The translations under genes and the position numbers were made by a program. The notes under the pieces were generated by a model. The model ran no database searches. It was not told the origin of the DNA and worked only from the letters and a program-made list of their open reading frames with translations. This document shows positions 52,901 to 64,000 of a DNA stretch of 64,000 nucleotides, in pieces. Numbering within the stretch: position 1 is the stretch's first letter; every line of letters starts with the position of its first letter. This DNA comes from Eimeria praecox (lineage: Eukaryota): the NCBI GenBank assembly GCA_963920595.1, contig OY986950.1:62001-126000 (forward strand), in the 5' to 3' direction.

Positions 52901-55900
52901 TCCAAACGTGGCAGCTCTCCACAGCACATACCAAGTGAAATATGACCCAAATGTACACACATACGAACAAGGAATTCTCCTCCGCGCCTCGCCCAAACCT
53001 TCCTGTCAGTAACCAAACAAACGCCGACGCAGTTCGTTGGCCATTTCCACACTTTCAGCTTAAGCCAGTGAATGCGATGCTTGTTGCCTCCACTGCAAAT
53101 ATACATGACTACAGGCAAACAAGCGAACAATTAAACAAGCAGCAGCACAGTGTTCCTATTCGCCAAAGAACAGCCATGCTGTCATGCCATTTATTCACGG
53201 ACAGCCATCAAACAGAGCAACCTACACATGCCTGCCAACGTGCACAGGCGCCACGCTTTTCGCTACCCGCTTGCAGCTCCAACTGATCGAACAGTCAGAA
53301 CCCTTGTTCGTCGAATAAAACACCTGTACACGCCGTTGGAATTACGAGTTTCTATGACCCTCATCATGTGCTCTCCAACTTATCCCTCAAACAATTACAC
53401 GAAATATTCACGCTGTCACCCACGGTCTACGCAGTTAACGCAGTGCCACAGTTACAGTTGTATGCAGTGTTCTTACTAGCTCCGTTGACGCGGTTCTATA
53501 CCGCCCACAGAGAAACGCGGCAGCCTTCCGGCAAGTGCTGCTCTGTCTAGTCAGCCACTGCACGCCGACACAGACGGTCGATGAGCTGCAAGCATGACCC
53601 CACACACAGCAACAAAGGGACACAAGCACGACAAGCAGCAAGACAGCCAGAGACCTCCTGCACCATACCCAAACCTACGCATGTAAACTAGATCATAACC
53701 TTTGGGGGGGGTTCCTGCCCAGCAGCTACCAACGTGTTTGCGCTTCACCTCCCATGCCTGCAACAAGAAGTGAAATGCTTCTAGTCTTGCCGTGCAACAG
53801 CATCAGCATCAGTGCCCCCATACTCGACCACGGAAGTGGCCGGAAGTGATCGGAAGTGACAGCTTCATCCATGTTTAATAGAGCGCTTTCGTTAATCGAT
53901 AACCCCCCCTGCTTCCTCGAGCATACACGCCCACCAACAACACTCCATACGCAATTATGCTGCGCCTGCCCTTCCCCAAACAGCATCGTTCAAGTGGAAA
54001 ACCACAAGCAAAGCCTGTAGCTATGCGTAGCCGCTTTGCAGTGATTGAGCAAACCTCATGGAACAGGTTAATAATCCGCTCAACCCCTTCGCAATGGGGC
54101 AAGCGATTCTTTCCGCAAAGCCGTGAGCCAGGGCATGCCCAAGCGCCACCCACGATCTGCTCACAAAAGCATTATGTAAGAGCACCGCCTTCATAGCCTG
54201 AGCCACCCCCCAGCATGCATCAACAGGTAAGATAACATACGGTGTATCAAAGCGAGAAGATGCACCGAGCACTTGCCCACCCAACCAATCTAGGAACCAG
54301 ACTGTGGGCTAAACCAAAACTGCCAATGAGCATGGACCGTCAAGTGAAAAACCAGTACCACTAACGCCAACCCCCACAAAACACAAACTAAGACAGCAAC
54401 TGTGGCCTTCGCAAGCGAAAGCATCTGCAGCGGCCTTACGTTTAGCCTCCCAGCGCTCCATCCATAACGGGCTGCACTGGCAGGACCTGTGCCTGTCGCA
54501 AGAACAGCACGCAGGCCCATCTTCGTTCGGCTGAGGCAAAGCATGGGAATTACACCGGAGCAGCAAACGCATTCGTAGACACGCCGCATGCAGTGTTCCC
54601 TCTCTCCATTCTGCCAGCAAAGGAAATAGCGAGCCTCCGCAGGCAGATGTGATGCAGAGGACCCACAGAGCCATTAAGACGGTCCACGCTTTAACTGTGT
54701 TAGTAGTTTCGTGTTGGTAGCTTCGTTCAGGAGTATGGAGCAAGTGTGGCTGCACTTGCAATACTCACGCAACTGGCGCCTGACTCAGCATGGAGACGTA
54801 CGCGGTAAGGCAGTAAATATAGAGCGTCACACAAAGCCTAGCACGGGCTCGACAGACTTTCTGGTACGCATACGCCGCATTCCACCGACGACTGCACGGT
54901 TGCGAATCTCATACCTACCGCTCTAACCATTCCGCTCGCTCACTGAGCAAAAGCAGGCGTCGCGAACTAGCCACATGGGAGCATATTTATACATCTCAGG
55001 ACTACGTTAAATGAGTCCAAGCGGAATATTCAAACCGAATCTGTACAGAAGCTGGCTTGTCAGCTGAACGTCCAGACAGGGCCAGAGCCGGCTGAAAGTG
55101 ATACGCTTGGGCAACGGCGCCTCGTTGCCGCCTGCATTCCGGAAAAAATCCAGAGCAGAAAGCGGCTGTTCATTTGCAGCCGTCCCCGGGGAAATGATCA
55201 GCATGAAAGCGGGCCAATGGCCAAAGCACACGCTTTGAATGCTGTTTTTATGCGTTTTGCAGGGCTGTGCGTGAACGCGAAATCCGACATTGATAGGCAC
55301 ACCTTAGGTTTCTGCCGAACGTGCACCAAAGTCAACGGAGCCTGACGCACAATATAGTACAGTGTCAAACAACATGTGAGCAATCTCAGCCTTTTCCTAC
55401 GCTTCAGCGTACCTCCTTCAGCAAAGACGGGCCCGCAAGGCATGCAGGATGCGAGGTGCTAAAGGAATCATTACTCGCGAATCGTAATGCCACGACTGGT
55501 ATGCCGGCACCAAGCGACTGTTAGATGAGACAAGGTTGAAAGATGCGCCGTCAGCACATTTGCAAACAATGCTGCCTCTGATTCCAGGTAACAACAATAT
55601 CTGAGCTGGAAGCAGCTGTCAGCGAAGTGCTCGTGAGGATGACAGCGCAGTGGAGTGTTCACATCTGCAAGGCGGTCGACATCAAGCTTACAACGCAAAT
55701 GTGATACATGATGAAGTGCGAAGCACACCTTTAGCGTCTTGAGTGCACGCGTTTGCAGAGAGTCCCCCCCCAGCTGCTTTCAATGGCCCAATGAGTTCAG
55801 CTTCAAGTGGCATACCCGTGCGCATGCAGCAAACATACTTTCAGAGTATGGCGGCAAACGCCACACCCAGAAACAGTGCCAGTTAGCGTACGTCTCGACG

Positions 55901-58900
55901 CGAGAAGCGTGCACCTGAGAGCGACTGTCCACATTTGAGGTGCCCTGCAGACAAGAACGATTGCCATTGCAGGCTGAGGACCGCCCTTCGCCTGGCCGTC
56001 ATATCGAAAGCTCTTAGGCCCAACAAGCTTCTCAGCGCTTATGGCATAGCTTTGAGCCTAACTCCGCCTCAACTAGATTAACAGTCAATCCACCGTCCAC
56101 TGCTCTAAACTGCGAGCTGCCTAACAGTAGCCTACCACCTGGTTCAAGTCATCTATAGCCCGGCGAGCGGGACATATCTGCACCAGTAAATAGCCAACGT
56201 CCACCAGCCACCAGCCAGAGTCCGTCCTGACAGTAGCGCCACTTTTGCTGGACTCTTGCAACCAGCACGCTCAATCTGCCTGCACAGCCTAGCGAATGAT
56301 TTAGTCGACAAACGCATGAAATTGCCGGCTCACCCTGAAGCGTCCCACCATCGCCTAGAGAAACAAAACACACCTCTCCGACTCCATACAGGCAACCGCC
56401 ACACCGCAAGGCTCACCGGCAACAAGCCAATGGCTGCACACGGGTGACTGCTCCTCGTCTTTACATACACTCGAGCTGCTCCCAATACGTAACGCACTGC
56501 CTGGCAGGAATGGTGAGCCCCGCTACCCTTAAAATGCAAATACCCTAAATACGCAGCACATTGCCTACCAGAACAACCGGCATTCCCTCCCACCTCTCAT
56601 AAGCCGACCGCATACCCTTGGGCCAATACACGCATCCGCCATCATGGCAACTTTCTTTCTAGTTGTTCGACTGTGCCGCAACACATGCAGCCGCCCCGTC
56701 CCTTGATGAAAAATGCTGTGACAAACTTTCCAACTACTCTACTGCCTCCCGCTCCAGTCAGGAACGCTGTCAGCAGCTTCGCGCCACCCCAGTAACCCGA
56801 ATATAAAGTCAATGCAGCGCCCAAACTCCAGCCATGCGCACCCATTCTTCACACATCGCGGCGCCTCATGGCAGCACACGCTTAGAATCGTTGGCAATGC
56901 ATTCAGCACCGTTCGCCACTGAGCTGTCCAGGGGCCGATGCCTTCCTGCATTCCCGTCAACAGCTTTCAAAGGCCAGAAACAGTAGCGATCCTATTAGCC
57001 TTGACGTTGCAAAATAGCGTATGACGACGCAGCTCCCAACAGTCTGTTCGTGCCTCAAGAGGGACCGTCATGTGCGAGGGCACCTTGGCCAAGTGGCGCG
57101 CTTGCCTTTGCTATTGGCACTTTTCCGCTCCACCATTTCAGCGCGTTTGCGTCTGATCCCTTACTCGTTACGCGCGCTGCTTTACGTACTTCCTGCACAA
57201 CATAATGCACCAGCACATGAAGCTCAGTATGTCGCTCAGGAGCCGGCGCACAACACGTGTTCAAAATGAAAAGAATTCAAACTCCAGCTCGTTAATCGGT
57301 ATTCATTTCCTTTTCTCCCCAGATGGCAACTCAGTCTCGCAAACAGTTCAAAGACACGCTCGTACAGAATCACTAACACTAGATCCCATACAATCGCTCG
57401 ACACAAGCACGCAGCCATCCATCCAAACGTGGCAGCTCTCCCCAGCACATACCAAGTGAAATATGACCCAAATGTACACACATACGAACAAGGAATTCTC
57501 CTCCGCGCCTCGCCCAAACCTTCCTGTCAGTAACCAAACAAACGCCGACGCAGTTCGTTGGCCATTTCCACACTTTCAGCTTAAGCCAGTGAATGCGATG
57601 CTTGTTGCCTCCTCTGCAAATATACATGACTACAGGCAAACAAGCGAACAATTAAACAAGCAGCAGCACAGTGTTCCTATTCGCCAAAGAACAGCCATGC
57701 TGTCATGCCATTTATTCACGGACAGCCATCAAACAGAGCAACCTACACATGCCTGCCAACGTGCACAGGCGCCACGCTTTTCGCTACCCGCTTGCAGCTC
57801 CAACTGATCGAACAGTCAGAACCCTTGTTCGTCGAATAAAACACCTGTACACGCCGTTGGAATTACGAGTTTCTATGACCCTCATCATGTGCTCTCCAAC
57901 TTATCCCTCAAACAATTACACGAAATATTCACGCTGTCACCCACGGTCTACGCAGTTAACGCAGTGCCACGGTTACAGTTGTATGCAGTGTCCTTACTAA
58001 CTCCGTTGACGCGGTTCTATACCGCCCACAGGGAAACGCGGCGGCCTTCCGGCAAGTGTTGCTCTGTCTAGTCAGCCACTGCACGCCGACACAGACGGTC
58101 GATGAGCTGCAAGCATGACCCCACACACAGCAACAAAGGGACACAAGCACGACACGCAGCAAGACAGCCAGAGACCTCCTGCACCATACCCAAACCTACG
58201 CATGTAAACTAGATCATAACCTTTGGGGGGGGTCCTGCCCAGCAGCTACCAACGTGTTTGCGCTTCACCTCCCATGCCTGCAACAACAAGTGAAATGCTT
58301 CTAGTCTTGCCGTGCAACAGCATCAGCATCAGTGCCCCCATACTCGACCACGGAAGTGGCCGGAAGTGATCGGAAGTGGCAGCTTCATCCATGTTTAATA
58401 GAGCGCTTTCGTTAATCGAAAACCCCCCCTGCTTCCTCGAGCATACACGCCCACCAACAACACTCCATACGCAATTATGCTGCGCCTTCCCTTCTCCAAA
58501 CAGCATCGTTCAAGTGGAAAAACACAAGCAAAGCCTGTCACCGTCATCGCTATAGCTATGCGTAGCCGCTTTGCAGTGATTGAGCAAACCTCATGGAACA
58601 GATTAATAATCCGCTCAACCCCTTCGCAGTGGGGCAAGCAATTCTTTCCGCAAAGCCGTGAGCCGGAGCATGTGCAAGCGCCACCCACGACCTGCTCACA
58701 AAAGCATTATGTAAGAGCACCGCCTTCATAGCCTGAGCCATCCCCCAGCATGCATCAACAGGTAAGATAACATACGGTGCATCAAGGCCAGAAGATGCAC
58801 CGAGCACTTGCCCACCCAACCAATCTAGGAACCAGACTGTGGGCTAAACCAAAACTGCCAATGAGCATGGACCGTCAAGTGAAAAACCAGTACCACTAAC

Positions 58901-59120
58901 GCCAACCCCCACAAAAAACAAACTCCGACAGCAGCTGTGGCCTTCTCAAGCGAAGGCATCTGCAGCGACCTTACCTTTAGCCTCCCAGCGCTCCATCCAT
59001 AACGGGCTGCACTGGCAGGACCTGCGCCAGTCGCAAGAACAGCACGCAGGCCCATCTTCGTTCGGCTGAGGCAAAGCATGGGAATTACACCAGAGCAGCA
59101 AACGCATTCGTAGACACGCC

Positions 59121-59243
59121 GCATGCAGTGTCCCCTCTTTCCATTCTGCCAGCAGCCTCGCTATTTCCTTTGCTGGCAGAATGGAAAGAGGGGACGCATG
59201 CAGTGTCCCCTCTTTCCATTCTGCCAGCAAAGGAAATAGCGAG
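59121..59243. repeat. Same inverted triplication, array 3 unit 4
   Basis: Same sequence as 45253-45375. Unit 3 (~54586-54633) has only a single un-inverted copy. Confidence 0.97.
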
Positions 59244-62200
59244 CCTCCGCAGGCAGATGTGATGCAGAGGACCCACAGAGCCATTAAGACGGTCCACGCT
59301 TTAGCTGTGTTAGTAGTTTCGTGTTGGTAGTTTCGTTCAGGAGTATGGAGCAAGTGTGGCTGCACTTGCAATACTCACGCAACTGGCGCCTGACTCAGCA
59401 TGGAGACGTACGCGGTAAGGCAGTAAATATAGAGCGTCACACAAAGCCTAGCACGGGCTCGACAGACTTTCTGGTACGCATACGCCGCATTCCACCGACG
59501 ACTGCACGGTTGCGAATCTCATACCTACCGCTCTAACCATTCCGCTCGCTCACTGAGCAAAAGCAGGCGTCGCGAACTAGCCACATGGGAGCATATTTAT
59601 ACATCTCAGGACTACGTTAAATGAGTCCAAGCGGAATTCAAACCGAATCTGTACAGAAGCTGGCTTGTCAGCTGGACGTCCAGACAGGGCCAGAGCCGGC
59701 TGAAAGTGATATGCTTGGGCAACGGCGCCTCGTTGCCGCCTGCATTCCGGAAAAAATCCAGAGCAGAAAGCGGCTATTCATTTGCAGCCGTCCTCGGGGA
59801 AATGATCAGCATGAAAGCGGGCCAATGGCCAAAGCACACGCTTTGAATGCTGTTTTTATGCGTTTTGCAGGGCTGTGCGTGAACGCGAAATCCGACATTG
59901 ATAGGCACACCTTAGGTTTCTGCCGAACGTGCACCAAAGTCAACGGAGCCTGACGCACAATATAGTACAGTGTCAAACAACATGTGAGCAATCTCAGCCT
60001 TTTCCTACGCTTCAGCGTACCTCCTTCAGCAAAGACGGGCCCGCAAGGCATGCAGGATGCGAGGTGCTAAAGGAATCATTACTCGCGAATCGTAATGCCA
60101 CGACTGGTATGCCGGCACCAAGCGACTGTTAGATGAGACAAGGTTGAAAGATGCGCCGTCAGCACATTTGCAAACAATGCTGCCTCTGATTCCAGGTAAC
60201 AACAATATCTGAGCTGGAAGCAGCTGTCAGCGAAGTGCTCGTGAGGATGACAGCGCAGTGGAATGTTCACATCTGCAAGGCGGTCGACATCAAGCTTACA
60301 ACGCAAATGTGATACATGATGAAGTGCGAAGCACACCTTTAGCGTCTTGAGTGCACGCGTTTGCAGAGAGTCCCCCCCCAGCTGCTTTCAATGGCCCAAT
60401 GAGTTCAGCTTCAAGTGGCGAACCCGTGCGCATGCAGCAAACATACTTTCAGAGTATGGCGGCAAACGCCACACCCAGAAACAGTGCCAGTTAGCGTACG
60501 TCTCGAAGCGAGAAGCGTGCACCTGAGAGCGACTGTCCACATTTGAGGTGCCCTGCAGACAAGAACGATTGCCATTGCAGGCTGAGGACCGCCCTTCGCC
60601 TGGCCGTCATATCGAAAGCTCTTAGGCCCAACAAGCTTCTCAGCGCTTATGGCATAGCTTTGAGCCTAACTCCGCCTCAACTAGATTAACAGTCAATCCA
60701 CCGTCCACTGCTCTAAACTGCGAGCTGCCTAACAGTAGCCTACCACCTGGTTCAAGTCATCTATAGCCCGGCGAGCGGGACATATCTGCACCAGTAAATA
60801 GCCAACGTCCACCAGCCACCAGCCAGAGTCCGTCCTGACAGTAGCGCCACTTTTGCTGGACTCTTGCAACCAGCACGCTCAATCTGCCTGCACAGCCTAG
60901 CGAATGATTTAGTCGACAAACGCATGAAATTGCCGGCTCACCCTGAAGCGTCCCACCATCGCCTAGAGAAACAAAACACACCTCTCCGACTCCATACAGG
61001 CAACCGCCACACCGCAAGGCTCACCGGCAACAAGCCAATGGCTGCACACGGGTGACTGCTCCTCGTCTTTACATACACTCGAGCTGCTCCCAATACGTAA
61101 CGCACTGCCTGGCAGGAATGGTGAGCCCCGCTACCCTTAAAATGCAAATACCCTAAATACGCAGCACATTGCCTACCAGAACAACCGGCATTCCCTCCCA
61201 CCTCTCATAAGCCGACCGCATACCCTTGGGCCAATACACGCATCCGCCATCGTGGCAACTTTCTTTCTAGTTGTTCGACTGTGCCGCAACACATGCAGCC
61301 GCCCCGTCCCTTGATGAAAAATGCTGTGACAAACTTTCCAACTACTCTACTGCCTCCCGCTCCAGTCAGGAACGCTGTCAGCAGCTTCGCGCCACCCCAG
61401 TAACCCGAATATAAAGTCAATGCAGCGCCCAAACTCCAGCCATGCGCACCCATTCTTCACACATCGCGGCGCCTCATGGCAGCACACGCTTAGAATCGTT
61501 GGCAATGCATTCAGCACCGTTCGCCACTGAGCTGTCCAGGGGCCGATGCCTTCCTGCATTCCCGTCAACAGCTTTCAAAGGCCAGAAACAGTAGCGATCC
61601 TATTAGCCTTGACGTTGCAAAATAGCGTATGACGACGCAGCTCCCAACAGTCTGTTCGTGCCTCAAGAGGGACCGTCATGTGCGAGGGCACCTTGGCCAA
61701 GTGGCGCGCTTGCCTTTGCTATTGGCACTTTTCCGCTCCACCATTTCAGCGCGTTTGCGTCTGATCCCTTACTCGTTACGCGCGCTGCTTTACGTACTTC
61801 CTGCACAACATAATGCACCAGCACATGAAGCTCAGTATGTCGCTCAGGAGCCGGCGCACAACACGTGTTCAAAATGAAAAGAATTCAAACTCCAGCTCGT
61901 TAATCGGTATTCATTTCCTTTTCTCCCCAGATGGCAACTCAATCTCGCAAACAGTTCAAAGACACGCTCGTACAGAATCACTAACACTAGATCCCATACA
62001 ATCGCTCGACACAAGCACGCAGCCATCCATCCAAACGTGGCAGCTCTCCACAGCACATACCAAGTGAAATATGACCCAAATGTACACACATACGAACAAG
62101 GAATTCTCCTCCGCGCCTCGCCCAAACCTTCCTGTCAGTAACCAAACAAACGCCGACGCAGTTCGTTGGCCATTTCCACACTTTCAGCTTAAGCCAGTGA

Positions 62201-64000
62201 ATGCGATGCTTGTTGCCTCCTCTGCAAATATACATGACTACAGGCAAACAAGCGAACAATTAAACAAGCAGCAGCACAGTGTTCCTATTCGCCAAAGAAC
62301 AGCCATGCTGTCATGCCATTTATTCACGGACAGCCATCAAACAGAGCAACCTACACATGCCTGCCAACGTGCATAGGCGCCACGCTTTTCGCTACCCGCT
62401 TGCAGCTCCAACTGATCGAACAGTCAGAACCCTTGTTCGTCGAATAAAACACCTGCACACGCCGTTGGAATTACGAGTTTCTATGACCCTCATCATGTGC
62501 TCTCCAACTTATCCCTCAAACAATTACACGAAATATTCACGCTGTCACCCACTTTCTGTACATTTAACGCAATGCGACCGTCACAGTGGTACCCAGTGTC
62601 CTTACTAGCTCCGTTGACGCGGTTCTATACCGCCCACAGGGAAACGCGGCGGCCTTCCGGCAAGTGTTGCTCTGTCTAGTCAGCCACTGCACGCCGACAC
62701 AGACGGTCGATGAGCTGCAAGCATGACCCCACAAACAGCAACAAAGGGACACAAGCACGACAAGCAGCAAGACAGCCAGAGACCTCCTGCACCATACCCA
62801 AACCTACGCATGTAAACTAGATCATAACCTTTGGGGGGGGGTCCTGCCCAGCAGCTACCAACGTGTTTGCGCTTCGCCTCCCATGCCTGCAACAACAAGT
62901 GAAATGCTTCTAGTCTTGCCGTGCAACAGCATCAGCATCAGTGCCCCCATACTCGACCACGGAAGTGGCCGGAAGTGATCGGAAGTGACAGCTTCATCCA
63001 TGTTTAATAGAGCGCTTTCGTTAATCGAAAACCCCCCCTGCTTCCTCGAGCATACACGCCCACCAACAACACTCCATACGCAATTATGCTGCCCCTGCCC
63101 TTCCCCAAGCAGCATCGTTCAAGTGGAAAAACACAAGCAAAGCCTGTCACCGTCATCGCTATAGCTATGCGTAGCCGCTTTGCAGTGATTGAGCAAACCT
63201 CATGGAACAGATTAATAATCCGCTCAACCCCTTCGCAATGGGACAAGCAATTCTTTCCGCAAAGCAGTGAGCCGGAGCATGTGCAAGCGCCACCCACGGC
63301 CTGCTCACAAAAGCATTATGTAAGAGCACCGCCTTCATAGCCTGAGCCATCCCCCAGCATGCATCAACAGGTAAGATAACATACGGTGCATCAAGGCCAG
63401 AAGATGCACCGAACACTTGCCCACCCAACCAATCTAGGAACCAGACTGTGGGCTAAACCAAAACTGCCAATGAGCATGGACCGTCAAGTGAAAAACCAGT
63501 ACCACTAACGCCAACCCCCACAAAAAACAAACTCCGACAGCAGCTGTGGCCTTCTCAAGCTGCCCAAGCATCTGCAGCGAGCTTACCTTCAGCCTCTCAG
63601 TGCTCCATCCATAACGGGCTGCGCTGGCAGGACCTGTGTCTGTCGCAAGAACAACACGCAGGCCTATCTTCGTTCCGCTGAGGTAAGCCATGGCAATTGC
63701 CTGGCAGCAGGAAACGCATTCGTAGCCACGCAGCATGCGGTGTTCCTTTCTTTCCTTCCGCCCGCAGGAACATTGCGATCCTCTTCCGGCACGTAGATGC
63801 GCAAGGGCCACAGAGCAACAAGCACTGCGTGCCAAAAAAGAGGTACCGCCGGTCTACTAGTACGCATACACCGCGTTCTACCGACGACTGCACGGTTGCG
63901 AATCTCATACCTACCGCTCTAACCATTCCGCTCGCTCACTGAGCAAAAGCAGGCGTCGCGAACTAGCCACATGGGAGCATATTTATACATCTCAGGACTA

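Larger units (their letters stand above)
42433..64000. repeat. Array 3: ~4.6-4.7-kb tandem macrosatellite, four full units plus a partial fifth running off the window
   Basis: The anchor GGCTGCACACGGGTGACTGCTCCTCG lies at 42433, 47172, 51780, 56432 and 61040 (unit lengths 4739, 4608, 4652, 4608). Visible indels account for the differences: 4608+131=4739 and 4608+131-75-15+1+2=4652. Confidence 0.99.

Noticed and set aside
18470..64000. Possibility that the ~5-kb units are tandem retrotransposons, DNA transposons or rDNA units
   Set aside because: There are no long ORFs, no reverse transcriptase, integrase or transposase motifs, no LTRs, terminal inverted repeats or poly(A) tails, and no conserved rRNA sequence. 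A highly decayed element would need a profile-HMM search of six-frame translations to exclude.

Overview
This window is almost entirely three unrelated, adjacent tandem-repeat arrays and contains no gene I can support. (1) Positions 1 to ~18,180 hold a 906-bp satellite (19 full copies, one partial copy and eroded edges) with an extreme C/A-rich + strand. (2) Positions ~18,470-40,690 hold a ~4.9-5.2-kb macrosatellite of four full units plus a truncated fifth, in which one ~670-bp slot carries either of two deeply diverged alleles. (3) Positions 42,433 to the window end hold a ~4.6-4.7-kb macrosatellite of four full units plus a partial fifth. A ~1.7-kb unique spacer separates arrays 2 and 3. 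All ORF-track entries are short, recur with the repeat period, and are often broken by stops or indels in sister copies. I infer eukaryotic subtelomeric or heterochromatic DNA; a coccidian or other protist origin is only a weak guess. I did not find a defensible new protein-coding system. The most interesting signals are structural: two independent fold-back (template-switch) inverted duplications that both sit at the 12-mer CGTAGACACGCC in unrelated arrays, the two-allele slot in array 2, a cluster of short palindromes that is perfect in one allele only, and a G-quadruplex-motif haplotype that dominates the 906-bp array.
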